A DNA stretch of 64,000 nucleotides from a virus: IMG/VR virus record IMGVR_UViG_3300046002_001345, positions 3,489 through 67,488 of that record; one strand, given 5' to 3'. Made by a program: the position numbers and the translations under genes. The notes beneath the pieces are model-generated. The model had not been told where the DNA came from. It did no database searches and saw only the letters and a list, made by a program, of their open reading frames with translations. Every line of letters begins with the position of its first letter. The stretch's first letter is position 1. Below are positions 1-9,529 of the stretch, piece after piece.

Positions 1-1
1 A

Positions 2-616
2 ACCAATGGCTGTAGTTTTACAGCGCACAGCCCTTATCTAACTTGGCCATACTTGTTAGGCACTGATGCTGTTAAGAATATAGCACAGCATAGCGCAGGC
101 AATCAATGGATATGCAATAGTACTATTGCAGAACTATCAGAAAATTCTTACGATCTAGTATTAGTAATGTGGAGTGGGTTAGAACGCTTAGACTATACAG
201 TAGAAGAAGCTGTGTATCTTAAGTCTACAGGATTCAAATCAGTTAATAACTTTGGCATACATTATCTACACAATGAACAAGATGCTTATAAAAATCTAAG
301 CGTAGACACAGGGCAACGTGAACGTGTGTTTAATAGTTTAATGCAGATAATCAGTCTACAAAGTTATCTGCAAGCCCATAACATTAATTTTAAATTTATG
401 AGCTATATGAATTTTTGGGAAGATGTCTACAGGTTAGGATTTGAATATCTCGATCGTCAGATTGACTTCAGTCATTGGATATTTACTGATAATGATCGCA
501 ATGGCTTGTTCGAACTAAGTCAAGATAGTAAACTGTATATAGCAGATGGGTATCACCCTAATCAACAGGCGCATGAACAATGGGCAGAACTAGTCAGAAA
601 GAATATTAATGCTTAA
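2..616 (+). CDS. SGNH/GDSL-fold hydrolase or acyltransferase-like protein, 5' truncated by window edge
   Basis: Frame is open upstream of the called start at 53 and reads TNGCSFTAHSPYLTWPYLLG from position 2 (block I GCS); VMWSGLER in the middle; C-terminal DGYHP. Confidence 0.7.
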   Translation, partial: TNGCSFTAHSPYLTWPYLLGTDAVKNIAQHSAGNQWICNSTIAELSENSYDLVLVMWSGLERLDYTVEEAVYLKSTGFKSVNNFGIHYLHNEQDAYKNLSVDTGQRERVFNSLMQIISLQSYLQAHNINFKFMSYMNFWEDVYRLGFEYLDRQIDFSHWIFTDNDRNGLFELSQDSKLYIADGYHPNQQAHEQWAELVRKNINA

Positions 617-881
617 ACACGGTGAAGTTAATCCCTTAAATGTACACGGGCTTCGTGAGTTATCATGGTGCCCGCCTCACTTTGAACAAGTAAAGTTCGA
701 ATTGTGGGTTACTGAAAAAATGATCAGCAGTTGGATCTACGAAAACCTAGTAGGTCGTTTTTATATAGGTCCCACTGATGACGGTGGCAAACGTCAGATC
801 ATGATAGGTTTTGAAATTGCCAGTGAAGCTACTTACTTTAGCCTATACCTTCCTCAGATTAATACCAACGATTACTTCTAA
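609..881 (+). CDS. hypothetical phage protein
   Basis: 90-aa ORF overlapping the previous stop; no recognisable motif. Confidence 0.7.
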   Translation: MLKHGEVNPLNVHGLRELSWCPPHFEQVKFELWVTEKMISSWIYENLVGRFYIGPTDDGGKRQIMIGFEIASEATYFSLYLPQINTNDYF

Positions 882-907
882 GAAATTTTACCATCGGTCA
901 TTTAGTT

Positions 908-915
908 GTTAAATA
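908..915 (+). promoter_or_regulatory. possible late-promoter variant (GTTAAATA)
   Basis: Intergenic, resembles the ATAAATA motif found before structural genes; followed by AAGGAG RBS and ATG at 944. Confidence 0.35.
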
Positions 916-943
916 AAATTGTCCCCTAAGGAGAATTTATTAA

Positions 944-1183
944 ATGGCGAAACAAGAACAACCACAAGAAACTACTGCTGAACAAGCACAAACTACAGCA
1001 CCTAGTTTAACACTACAAGATCTAGTGCTAGTTGCACAGATCATTCAAATTGGCAGTCAACGCGGCACATTCCGTGCTGAAGAATTAGCTGATGTTGGTA
1101 CGTTATATACCAAACTTATCGCTTTCTTACAAGCGACTGGTGCATTAACACCAGCAAAAACCGAGGAAACTAAAAATGATTAA
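944..1183 (+). CDS. small hypothetical protein
   Basis: Strong AAGGAG RBS; 79 aa with helical core LTLQDL...QRGTFRAEEL. Confidence 0.8.
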   Translation: MAKQEQPQETTAEQAQTTAPSLTLQDLVLVAQIIQIGSQRGTFRAEELADVGTLYTKLIAFLQATGALTPAKTEETKND

Positions 1184-1877
1184 GCACGTTGGCAAACACA
1201 ATCAACGCAAGATCGCAATTGTATATCGTAAAGTACCAGATGAAGGTCATATGGCTCTAGTAATGTACACAGACAATCTACCAATGATGGTACATGATGA
1301 AGCTATGAAAGTATTAGAAAGCGAAGTAGGTCAGAATGCTAAGGAATTAGCAGATGCTCTATTCCGTCATATTATGCCAGATGGTACTAACTGTCTACAG
1401 CATATTCACAAAGCTGGTTACCTAAAGAAAGTTCCGTGTAACCAAGTTATTGTTACCCCAACTGCAAAATCAACAGTACGTTTGGATGAATTAAATGACA
1501 TTTTAGATAAACTAGAAGCAGGTGGTGAAGCAGCGCAACGCTTAGATGACATTGATAAAAATCGTGGCATTAAAGGTGTTAAACAACAAGGCCGTGAACT
1601 TGGCATGCCTGCAGAACCGTTTACAGGTACCCCAACTACATCAGCCGACGTAGCAGGTGTATTAAGCGATTCTGAAATTGCTCAACAGCGCATTGGTCAA
1701 GCTACTCGTATGGAAGCAGAAGCTAAAGGTTTATTAGCAGAAGCAAAACGTCTTAAAGCAGAAGCAGCAAGTTTAAAACCTGCAACTGTTAAGAAAGCAA
1801 CACCAGCCAAAGCTAAAACAATAACACCAAAGGCTACAGATGGCAGAGCAACCAAAACCAAAAAAGCCACAGCGTAA
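1176..1877 (+). CDS. hypothetical protein with Lys/Ala-rich (histone H1-like) C-terminal tail
   Basis: GAGG RBS; coiled-coil segment then KPATVKKATPAKAKTITPKA...KTKKATA. Confidence 0.75.
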   Translation: MIKHVGKHNQRKIAIVYRKVPDEGHMALVMYTDNLPMMVHDEAMKVLESEVGQNAKELADALFRHIMPDGTNCLQHIHKAGYLKKVPCNQVIVTPTAKSTVRLDELNDILDKLEAGGEAAQRLDDIDKNRGIKGVKQQGRELGMPAEPFTGTPTTSADVAGVLSDSEIAQQRIGQATRMEAEAKGLLAEAKRLKAEAASLKPATVKKATPAKAKTITPKATDGRATKTKKATA

Positions 1878-2187
1878 GAATAGTAAGAAAATTACATTGA
1901 GCAAAAATAAAAGTTGGAAAGATATAGTCGAAGGGGTTGATAAGAAAGAAGTACCTATTCACATACTACAAGAAATTGAAGTAAAATTAATAGATGGCAC
2001 TAATATCAGCATTGACGTTAAAAGACTAATTGAAGATGGAATGGACCCAATAGCTATTGAGGAATTATTAGACCTTAAGTTTAATGAACTTGATGCTTAT
2101 ATTGATAACGTTGATTTCTTAATCGACATTGCTAAAGTGGTAGATACTATCCAACCAGAAACAGACAAGGTACTTAAAGGTCTATGA
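1840..2187 (+). CDS. hypothetical protein
   Basis: 115-aa ORF with basic N-terminus and acidic body; ATGA overlap with DHFR. Confidence 0.7.
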   Translation: MAEQPKPKKPQRKNSKKITLSKNKSWKDIVEGVDKKEVPIHILQEIEVKLIDGTNISIDVKRLIEDGMDPIAIEELLDLKFNELDAYIDNVDFLIDIAKVVDTIQPETDKVLKGL

Positions 2188-2681
2188 TTTGTTCAATTCT
2201 CGCTAGCACTTCCCTAGGGGGCATAGGCAATCGTGGTACATTGCCTTGGCCAAAACATAAAGAGGATCTTTCCTGGTTTAAAGAACATACTACTAATCAA
2301 ATTGTAGTTATGGGACGTAACACTTGGGAGGATCCAATGATGCCCAAACCCTTACCTAATCGCATTAACTATGTAGTCAGCAGTCGTCACGTGGCTAAAG
2401 AATACCAACATCAGGTACGTTGGATTCCTGGCAATCCTGTAGATGCTATTAAAGAAATACAAAAGGCCAACTCAAAACAAGATGTATACATCATTGGTGG
2501 TCAGAAATTATATGAAGCCACTGACAATATAGTAGAACGTGTGTACTTAACACGTATGAAAGGCAATTATTGGTGCGACACCCGTATTAACTTAGAACGA
2601 TATCTAAGCTGTTTTCGTATTATGACTGTCCGTCCGGGCACTAATTGTACCTACGAAATATGGGATCGTGTACTTTTTTAG
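2184..2681 (+). CDS. frd: dihydrofolate reductase
   Basis: GIGNRGTLPW, DLSWFK, VVMGRNTW, PLPNRINYVVS and IIGG motifs; adjacent to thymidylate synthase as in T4. Confidence 0.95.
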   Translation: MICSILASTSLGGIGNRGTLPWPKHKEDLSWFKEHTTNQIVVMGRNTWEDPMMPKPLPNRINYVVSSRHVAKEYQHQVRWIPGNPVDAIKEIQKANSKQDVYIIGGQKLYEATDNIVERVYLTRMKGNYWCDTRINLERYLSCFRIMTVRPGTNCTYEIWDRVLF

Positions 2682-2682
2682 G

Positions 2683-2711
2683 TTGACAAACCATAGCATA
2701 TCTGCTATAAT
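2683..2711 (+). promoter_or_regulatory. consensus sigma70 promoter for thymidylate synthase
   Basis: TTGACA (2683-2688), 17-nt spacer ending in TGc, TATAAT (2706-2711); ATG only 6 nt downstream. Confidence 0.85.
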
Positions 2712-2717
2712 AATACA

Positions 2718-3596
2718 ATGAAAACTTATCTCAATTCTCTAAAATTTGTTTTAGACAACGGCACTGTACGAGAAGATCGTACAGGCACAGGTACTATTGG
2801 CGTGTTTGGCATGCAATCACGCTATGATCTAAGCAAATCCTTCCCCGCAGTTACTACTAAGAAACTTGCATTCAAAGCCTGCTTAAGTGAACTATTATGG
2901 TTTATCGAAGGCAGTGGCGATGAACGTAGACTAGCAGAAATACTATACGGTGATAAACTTGAACACCGTAAAACTATCTGGACTGATAATGCTCTGTCTA
3001 AATATTGGATTTCTAAATCTAAATATCAAGGCGACCTAGGTCGGGTGTATGGAGTACAGTGGCGCCATTGGCGTACACAATTAAAGCGTTGGATTAGTTC
3101 AAGCGAAAGCGAACCTGTAGAAGTTGATCAACTATTACAGTTAATAGAAGGCATCAAACAAGACCCATACGGTCGCAGACATATCCTAACAGCATGGAAC
3201 CCAGGCGAGTTAGATCAAATGGCCCTACCTCCATGTCATTGTTTTGCACAGTTTTACGTAAGTGCAGATAATAAGCTGTCGTGTCAAATGTATCAGCGAT
3301 CATGCGATATGTTTTTAGGAGTTCCTTTTAACATAGCATCCTACAGCCTGCTAACGCATATGGTGGCCCAAGTGTGTGGCCTTGGGGTAGGCGAGTTTGT
3401 TCATGTACTTGGTGATGCACACATATATTTGAATCATGTAGATCAGGTAAAAGAACAACTTTCACGTGAGCCCTTACCTGCACCACAACTTTGGATTAAC
3501 CCAGCAGTTACAGATATTACTAAATTTACTATGGAAGACTTTAGACTAGATGGATACCAAAGCCTTGCACCAATCAAAGCCCCAATGGCGGTATGA
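2718..3596 (+). CDS. td: thymidylate synthase (ThyA type)
   Basis: DRTGTGT, ELLWF, YGVQWR, MALPPCH, YQRSCDMFLGVPFNIASY and GDAHIY motifs. Confidence 0.97.
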   Translation: MKTYLNSLKFVLDNGTVREDRTGTGTIGVFGMQSRYDLSKSFPAVTTKKLAFKACLSELLWFIEGSGDERRLAEILYGDKLEHRKTIWTDNALSKYWISKSKYQGDLGRVYGVQWRHWRTQLKRWISSSESEPVEVDQLLQLIEGIKQDPYGRRHILTAWNPGELDQMALPPCHCFAQFYVSADNKLSCQMYQRSCDMFLGVPFNIASYSLLTHMVAQVCGLGVGEFVHVLGDAHIYLNHVDQVKEQLSREPLPAPQLWINPAVTDITKFTMEDFRLDGYQSLAPIKAPMAV

Positions 3597-3873
3597 ACGC
3601 CCCCACCGTGTACGCTTCTTTGTAGATAGTATACACGCCAATGACGCTACCCGTAAACATGCCAATGAACTCTATTGGGATATGGCTAAGAAGTTTAGTC
3701 TAACTCCTGTATATCAATGGGTGGAAGAAAATGGTATTGACCTACAGTATACCGTAGATGATCGTGCGCAGGATTGGCACAAACAGATTAGATTCTACGG
3801 TGACTTGACAGAAGCACAATATGTAGACTATGCACTTAGATTTTTCGATCATTATAACGAGGCATGGAAATGA
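3550..3873 (+). CDS. hypothetical protein (start uncertain)
   Basis: Fills the gap between td and the next gene on the same strand. Confidence 0.6.
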   Translation: MDTKALHQSKPQWRYERPHRVRFFVDSIHANDATRKHANELYWDMAKKFSLTPVYQWVEENGIDLQYTVDDRAQDWHKQIRFYGDLTEAQYVDYALRFFDHYNEAWK

Positions 3874-4526
3874 AAATATATAAAAACAAATACAAAGACC
3901 ATTGGTTAAGCCCTTACACAATTTGTGAAAAGATTTGTTTTTGGCGCGAAATCGATTACGATGAGCCTTGGGTTGTACGTGTTAACAAAGTACTAAGCCC
4001 TGTATGCAACCTGTGGCGTAACTTCTTAGATATTGTAGATCCTAAGATTGATTATGTTAAGATCGACCAATGGGACACCTGGTCAATGGACAGTACACTA
4101 AGTCCTATCATCCTACCTATGCTTAAGCAACTTAAAGAAAGTAAGCATGGTGCACCATGGACAGACGACGAAGATGTACCGGCACGCTTACGTAGCACAA
4201 CCAAAGCGGCAATCAAAAGTAAAAAGAATTCATGGGATACTGACTGCAATCATTTCAAACGCTGGGATTGGATCATGTCTGAAATGATCTGGGCGTTTGA
4301 ACAACTGTGTGACGAAGACTCAGATGCACAGTTCCACACCGGTGAAACGGATATTGAATGGAAAGTAAGTGAAGAGGATGCTAATGGCAAACCTCTACTA
4401 TGGGAAATGGCCAAGGGTCCTAAAGACACTCGCAAGTTTGACAAGAAAGGTTACATGAAACATCACGAACGTCTACGTAACGGTACACGCTTATTTGGCA
4501 AGTACTATCAAAACCTTTGGGATTAA
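3864..4526 (+). CDS. hypothetical Trp-rich phage protein
   Basis: 220-aa ORF with GAGG RBS; DQWDTWSMD...LPMLKQLK...HGAP and LFGKYYQNLWD blocks. Confidence 0.75.
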   Translation: MEMKIYKNKYKDHWLSPYTICEKICFWREIDYDEPWVVRVNKVLSPVCNLWRNFLDIVDPKIDYVKIDQWDTWSMDSTLSPIILPMLKQLKESKHGAPWTDDEDVPARLRSTTKAAIKSKKNSWDTDCNHFKRWDWIMSEMIWAFEQLCDEDSDAQFHTGETDIEWKVSEEDANGKPLLWEMAKGPKDTRKFDKKGYMKHHERLRNGTRLFGKYYQNLWD

Positions 4527-4536
4527 GGAGAATACT

Positions 4537-4698
4537 ATGGCATCACTTAAAGACTTAGTTAAGCAAGCACTAGAAAAGAAACAAGCAGAACAACACGGTG
4601 TTAACACAGATCTTACTGTTGATACTGGCAAAGGTGCACCTAAAGGTAAAGTAACATCAAATAAACCTGCTAAGAAATCAGCCGGAAGAGGACGTTAA
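4537..4698 (+). CDS. small basic protein (start corrected from 4495 to 4537)
   Basis: AAGGAG RBS directly before ATG 4537; MASLKDLVKQAL...KKSAGRGR. Confidence 0.7.
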   Translation: MASLKDLVKQALEKKQAEQHGVNTDLTVDTGKGAPKGKVTSNKPAKKSAGRGR

Positions 4699-5663
4699 TG
4701 AAATACTTAATCACAGGTGGTGCTGGCTTTATCGGGCACAATGTTGCACGTTTCTTAGAAGCCCAAGGACATGAATGTATTGTTGTAGATACATTTACTA
4801 ACTACGGTTTTATTCCTACTAACGAAATTACCTATCTATCTTCTAATAGACAAAAACGCTACATCAGCGAAACATATAAAGTTGACATACGTGATCAACA
4901 GAGATTGAACAGCCTGTTTGATACTAATCAACCAGATGTGATTATACATATGGCTAGCTTTCCTCGTCAGAAAGTAGTTGAACAAGATCCTGCACTAGCC
5001 AGTGAAGTAATGAGCACAGGTCTTATCAACTTATTAGAGTTAGGTAAAAAGCATAAGGTTAAGAAGTTTGTGTATATTAGTTCTAGTATGGTTTATGGTG
5101 ATTTTACTACTGACGTGACTGAATCAGCTCAATGTAATCCGCAAGGACAATACGGTATTATGAAGTATATGGGCGAGAAACTTGTAGAAGACTATAGTCG
5201 ACGCGGTTGTTTCAATCACGTTATCATTCGCCCAAGTGCTGTATATGGTGAGTGGGACGTTGAGGATCGTGTGGTAAGTAAGTTTGTTACTAAAGCCATG
5301 CGTGGCGAAACACTAAAAGTAAATGGTCCCGACGAAGTATTAGACTTTACCTATGTAGAAGATACTGCAATGGGCATTGTACTTGCTGCAACTAAAGATA
5401 TCGCCAATGGTAATATCTATAATATTACACGTAGTGAAGACCGTCAATGGACCCTTAAAGATGCTGCAGAACTTGCAGTTAAAATTGCAGGTCAAGGCAC
5501 ATTAGAAATAGCACCCCGTGATTTAAGTTTCCCTAAGCGTGGTCGTTTAGATATTACACGTGCTGTAAAGGATTTAGGTTATAACCCGCAGGTTAATGTT
5601 GAAGAAGGATTCCGTAGATACTACGAATGGTATAATCAAAATCCTGTTCTTTGGCGCAAATAA
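4698..5663 (+). CDS. NAD-dependent nucleotide-sugar epimerase/dehydratase (extended SDR)
   Basis: TGGAGFIG, ISSSMVYG, YGIMK (YxxxK), RPSAVYG and DFTYVED motifs. Confidence 0.93.
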   Translation: MKYLITGGAGFIGHNVARFLEAQGHECIVVDTFTNYGFIPTNEITYLSSNRQKRYISETYKVDIRDQQRLNSLFDTNQPDVIIHMASFPRQKVVEQDPALASEVMSTGLINLLELGKKHKVKKFVYISSSMVYGDFTTDVTESAQCNPQGQYGIMKYMGEKLVEDYSRRGCFNHVIIRPSAVYGEWDVEDRVVSKFVTKAMRGETLKVNGPDEVLDFTYVEDTAMGIVLAATKDIANGNIYNITRSEDRQWTLKDAAELAVKIAGQGTLEIAPRDLSFPKRGRLDITRAVKDLGYNPQVNVEEGFRRYYEWYNQNPVLWRK

Positions 5664-6971
5664 TTAATATTTAGAATTGTAATAATCTTTTAACCAGGTC
5701 CAATCGTAGGTTAACATTAACTTATCATAATTGCCATCGACTTGTTCGTAGTATTCTTTGGCATCTTTAGACCCTAAGATGCTCCATTCTGCGTTTAACC
5801 CTTCTGCTTCATTTAGCCAAGTATCTAAACGGTATTGACTTTCTATACTGTTAGTTTTCTTAACGTCATCAATTAACTTAATAACTTCTCTAAAAGCAGT
5901 ACGCCAGGTCATTAAGGGATCTGAATTGTAATACGCAGTACCGCTGGATATAGGAACTACTTCGTGTGGTTGACTTAGAGTAAAATCAAGATCTGTAGTT
6001 TCAGTTGCTAATACCAATCGCTTATTATACGCAACCATGGCCATATGCCCGTATCGTAATCCATTTAGCGGATTATCAGCATAAAAAATATAATGTTTAG
6101 GCTCTTGTAAATAGTCAGGTTGCCAAGACCAATCAAACTCCGGATTAACTTTAAGTTTAGCTGGTACTTTAAAGAACCATTCCGTATCACTCATCTCTGC
6201 AGCAACTTTGAATGCGTTGTCTCTACCATTGATATTCTGCACACGTTTAACCTTCTGGTTAGAGGAGGTAGATAAGTGTTCATATAGCTGATCAGCATTT
6301 GTCTCACCGTTGCTGATATAGATAATATCAAGATTTTTATCGCCTAAAAACCAGTCTTTTTGCTTCAAAACATACGGATAATCATAGATTTGATGCTTTA
6401 AATGTGCGGAAATTTCACGGGGTACTAACGATACGCTGTTTGCTCTGTTAAAGGTGTGTACACTTCGGTCTCGCCATAATATAGGCGCAAAGTTTATAGT
6501 AGTATCTATATCACGTTTGAACAGTACATATGGTGTGTCGAACTTAGTAGCCTTAACTACGTCTATTAGATCATCGCCGGTATACGTTACAGTAGGGGGA
6601 GTTAAGCGTGATACCCCTGGGTAATGCCAATTAACTTCCTTATACCATTCTAATAAAGGTATGTCCTTTTGTTGCTCAAACTCACTCACGTTAACTAAGA
6701 ATGTGTCACCAAACTTTTCGTGATCGCTGTGCCAGCAGTGTAGTTGATAGGCTTCCCATGGAACAGGCTTATAGTCAAAATCAAAATTACTGTAGTCACA
6801 AACACTTGATATCACCCAAGCGTAAGGGGTTCTACAACGTGAAATACAGCGTTTTAACGTGTCTAAGTGATTATCGTAGTATCTTACCACACGAGCATGC
6901 GGAAAGCGTAGTACAAGGTCTTGTACATTAGCGTCATTGCCGCCCATGTCCATGATGAAGATATCAAACAT
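5664..6971 (-). CDS. glycosyltransferase-like protein with two GT-A-like modules, apparently degenerate
   Basis: C-terminal half aligns by eye with 22345..23244 (DIIYISNGE, KRVQNINGRDNAFKVAA, WRTAFREVIKL) but has VPAKL where the paralog has IDGDN. Confidence 0.6.
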   Translation of the reverse strand: MFDIFIMDMGGNDANVQDLVLRFPHARVVRYYDNHLDTLKRCISRCRTPYAWVISSVCDYSNFDFDYKPVPWEAYQLHCWHSDHEKFGDTFLVNVSEFEQQKDIPLLEWYKEVNWHYPGVSRLTPPTVTYTGDDLIDVVKATKFDTPYVLFKRDIDTTINFAPILWRDRSVHTFNRANSVSLVPREISAHLKHQIYDYPYVLKQKDWFLGDKNLDIIYISNGETNADQLYEHLSTSSNQKVKRVQNINGRDNAFKVAAEMSDTEWFFKVPAKLKVNPEFDWSWQPDYLQEPKHYIFYADNPLNGLRYGHMAMVAYNKRLVLATETTDLDFTLSQPHEVVPISSGTAYYNSDPLMTWRTAFREVIKLIDDVKKTNSIESQYRLDTWLNEAEGLNAEWSILGSKDAKEYYEQVDGNYDKLMLTYDWTWLKDYYNSKY

Positions 6972-7386
6972 CTAGTTGTTCTACTTGGATGCCGGAATTA
7001 CGAAGAAAAGTGATCCCACTATCATCCCTGTAATTAATTGCGTAGTAGACATGCTTAATACCTGATTGATAAATGAGTTTGGCGCAATCGAGGCAAGGAC
7101 TATGTGTAACAAATAAAGTTGCATCGAGGCCAGACTCACTACTCCTAGCGAGTTTCGCAATAGCGTTCGTTTCTGCATGTAATACCTCCGGTTTAGTTTT
7201 AATAGTTCCATCTTCTAATTCAAGTTCACAATTGTTATCCCACCCTGCTGGCATCCCATTGTAACCAATTGATATAATTCTGTCATCTTTGACAATAAGG
7301 GCTCCCACTTTAAGTCTACGTGCTGTGCTTAAATTACTGTAGATGTGTGCGGCCCGCATGTGTGCTGTTTGATACTTAGGCTTCAT
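6964..7386 (-). CDS. cd: dCMP deaminase (start corrected to 7386)
   Basis: VGALIVK, SIGYNG, HAETNAI and SPCLDC zinc motifs; AGGA RBS before MKPKYQ. Confidence 0.93.
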   Translation of the reverse strand: MKPKYQTAHMRAAHIYSNLSTARRLKVGALIVKDDRIISIGYNGMPAGWDNNCELELEDGTIKTKPEVLHAETNAIAKLARSSESGLDATLFVTHSPCLDCAKLIYQSGIKHVYYAINYRDDSGITFLRNSGIQVEQLDV

Positions 7387-7813
7387 TATAATAATTCCTA
7401 AATTGATCTGCAATTACCCGAGTCCAGGGCATTGCGTCTAATTCTCTTATGTGATAATTGTAATGAGTAGGGGCTTCAAATATCTTATTAGTATCTGCAT
7501 ACCGACTTGTTGTAATTGTGTCCATCCAAACTACAATATCCGGGTTAAAGATATTTCTAAGTTTATGTGTAGGACAAACAAAGTCTGCTACTACAATGTT
7601 ATTCATAGTCTCTGCATTGCGAGCAAACCTGGCCATACGTTCTGCTTGTCGAATTCGCCCTTCTTCTGAAAAGTCCCAATCGTTAAATGCTTCACGCATC
7701 CGATCAGCATTAAACCACTCAACACTACGACCAACTGCTTTGATATCTTCTACTAGTTTTTTTGCAAAGGTACTTTTACCACTGCCAGGTAATCCCATTA
7801 CTAGAATTCTCAT
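7376..7813 (-). CDS. adenylylsulfate (APS) kinase-like P-loop kinase
   Basis: MGLPGSGKST Walker A; NADRMR...DFSEEGRIRQ; VADFVCP; FEAP, all CysC-like. Confidence 0.75.
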   Translation of the reverse strand: MRILVMGLPGSGKSTFAKKLVEDIKAVGRSVEWFNADRMREAFNDWDFSEEGRIRQAERMARFARNAETMNNIVVADFVCPTHKLRNIFNPDIVVWMDTITTSRYADTNKIFEAPTHYNYHIRELDAMPWTRVIADQFRNYYNEA

Positions 7814-8622
7814 TTGAAGTCCTTGTCTTTATATTTGTCCCAATACTCTTTTGGATTAGTATATTTTAACATAAAATCTTCAGGATTGCAATATTGCAGA
7901 TTAAAATCATATGCTAGTTGCCTATGCCAATCAATGCCAAAATGTGCACCGTCACGAGCTTTAGTCCATGCCACTGTATTATATACAGTACGCACTGTAT
8001 CATCCCAGTTAATGCTTAATAATTTAAACTTATAAACTTCCTGTAGTAGCTGTAAGATTGTTTTATTTTTTGTTTGATTGTTATAGGCCGTATTATCTTC
8101 GTATTGTAGATTATCCTCTTCCATAGTCCATGCACCATTAAACACAGCACCGTTCTCGTATGTTTCAAATCTAAATAGACTTGGCCACATGACTGCTACA
8201 ATTGAAGGTTTAATAATAGGAATTAGGTTAACTGCCAATCTGGCCACAGTATCAGCGCCGGCGCCACCCAGTCCTGCATTGTAAACACTATAATCAGGAA
8301 AATAATCACGACCAAATTGTTCCGGCCAATTATCCTGTTGTGGAACTCCTACTCCAACAGTATGACTACAGCCGAACGTAAGAATTATAGGATTCATTCC
8401 ATTGAGATCAAATTCGCAACTTCTGAAACCGTGTGAATTATATTTGTAGGTAAAACTATCAGCACGCCAATTTGGATGTCCTTGGTGTCTAGTCCCTTGT
8501 ATATTATTAAATCGTTCTTCACTGTCTAAATCAGACAGGCTAAACGCCATCTCTTGATCACGGGGGTATGTGCCAAGATCTAATGTACTACCTAAAGCCC
8601 AGTAATTATTTTGAGTTGTCAT
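7810..8622 (-). CDS. SGNH-fold protein with N-terminal YKYNSHGFR segment
   Basis: NSHGFR, FGCSHTVGVG, NAGLGGAG, VMWPSLFRFE and RDGAHFG motifs. Confidence 0.7.
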   Translation of the reverse strand: MTTQNNYWALGSTLDLGTYPRDQEMAFSLSDLDSEERFNNIQGTRHQGHPNWRADSFTYKYNSHGFRSCEFDLNGMNPIILTFGCSHTVGVGVPQQDNWPEQFGRDYFPDYSVYNAGLGGAGADTVARLAVNLIPIIKPSIVAVMWPSLFRFETYENGAVFNGAWTMEEDNLQYEDNTAYNNQTKNKTILQLLQEVYKFKLLSINWDDTVRTVYNTVAWTKARDGAHFGIDWHRQLAYDFNLQYCNPEDFMLKYTNPKEYWDKYKDKDFK

Positions 8623-9529
8623 TTTTAATTTTGCGCTTTAACACGTTTTCTTTTGATTGAGGGAACCAATGTATATTTTGCTCACGTCCGTTCGGACATA
8701 CATCACATTCGGGTATTGGTTGAGCTTCAGTACGTTCAAAATAATCTATATCTTCTTGGGTTGCAGTTTTTAAATCGATCGGTTTATAATTTAAATATTT
8801 TTGCCAGTCCGGGTCATCTAACTGATTAGTTTCTGTTAGTACTTTAGGCAATGCTAATAACCTAGGGCATTTGTATAGTTTACTGTCTATGGCCGCCGCA
8901 CAAAACGGACTAATACATCCTATCTTAAAGGAACCATCTGGGTCGTTAGTAGCAAAAGGTTTTATTTTACCACCGACCATTTTAAACTGTGCTTTAAATC
9001 CGTGTTCATGAAACGTATGCAACATAAAATCAATCTTATTATCAGGAATATCATAATGCATATCATGTATCTTGTGTATACGGGGATGACTTAAAAAATA
9101 TTTTAAATTTTCATAATATTTTTGTGCTTCTTTACTATCTGCAAATCCTGCCAAATGATCATCAATTGATAAACGTATATTACCCACTTCTAAAAATAAA
9201 TCAACGATGTCGTCTCTAAATTTGTGTATCAGTAATGCATTTGTACTAATATTAATAATTGAATTTGGAAAAAGTTTTCTAACATGCCGTGCCATAGGTA
9301 CTACTTTTTCATGCCAATACAGTGTAGGTTCACCGCCGACTAATGTAATCATATTAGTAACATCGTCGACATAGTTAGCAAAATTAGAAATAGTTTCTAA
9401 AATACTTTCTATACTTGGGTCGTAGTCTTTATGAAAAATAATGTCCGAACCACTATTGCACCCCTTACAGGCCAGGTTGCATTTAAACCCATAATAAAAA
9501 TTCATTATTTGAAGTTTAATTTTTTTCAT
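8606..9529 (-). CDS. radical SAM protein with C-terminal Cys-rich auxiliary-cluster region
   Basis: CNLACKGC, GGEPTL, STNA; C-terminal GCISPFC, YKCP and ECDVCP. Confidence 0.88.
   Translation of the reverse strand: MKKIKLQIMNFYYGFKCNLACKGCNSGSDIIFHKDYDPSIESILETISNFANYVDDVTNMITLVGGEPTLYWHEKVVPMARHVRKLFPNSIINISTNALLIHKFRDDIVDLFLEVGNIRLSIDDHLAGFADSKEAQKYYENLKYFLSHPRIHKIHDMHYDIPDNKIDFMLHTFHEHGFKAQFKMVGGKIKPFATNDPDGSFKIGCISPFCAAAIDSKLYKCPRLLALPKVLTETNQLDDPDWQKYLNYKPIDLKTATQEDIDYFERTEAQPIPECDVCPNGREQNIHWFPQSKENVLKRKIKNDNSK

Noticed and set aside
2718-3596. Thymidylate synthase as a dCMP hydroxymethylase feeding DNA hypermodification
   Set aside because: It keeps the dUMP-specifying Asn (PFNIASY) and sits beside DHFR, so it reads as ordinary ThyA
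7385-7413. TTGCAG-17-TATAAT on the minus strand before dCMP deaminase
   Set aside because: The -10 overlaps the ATG itself, so a transcript would miss the start codon; probably coincidental
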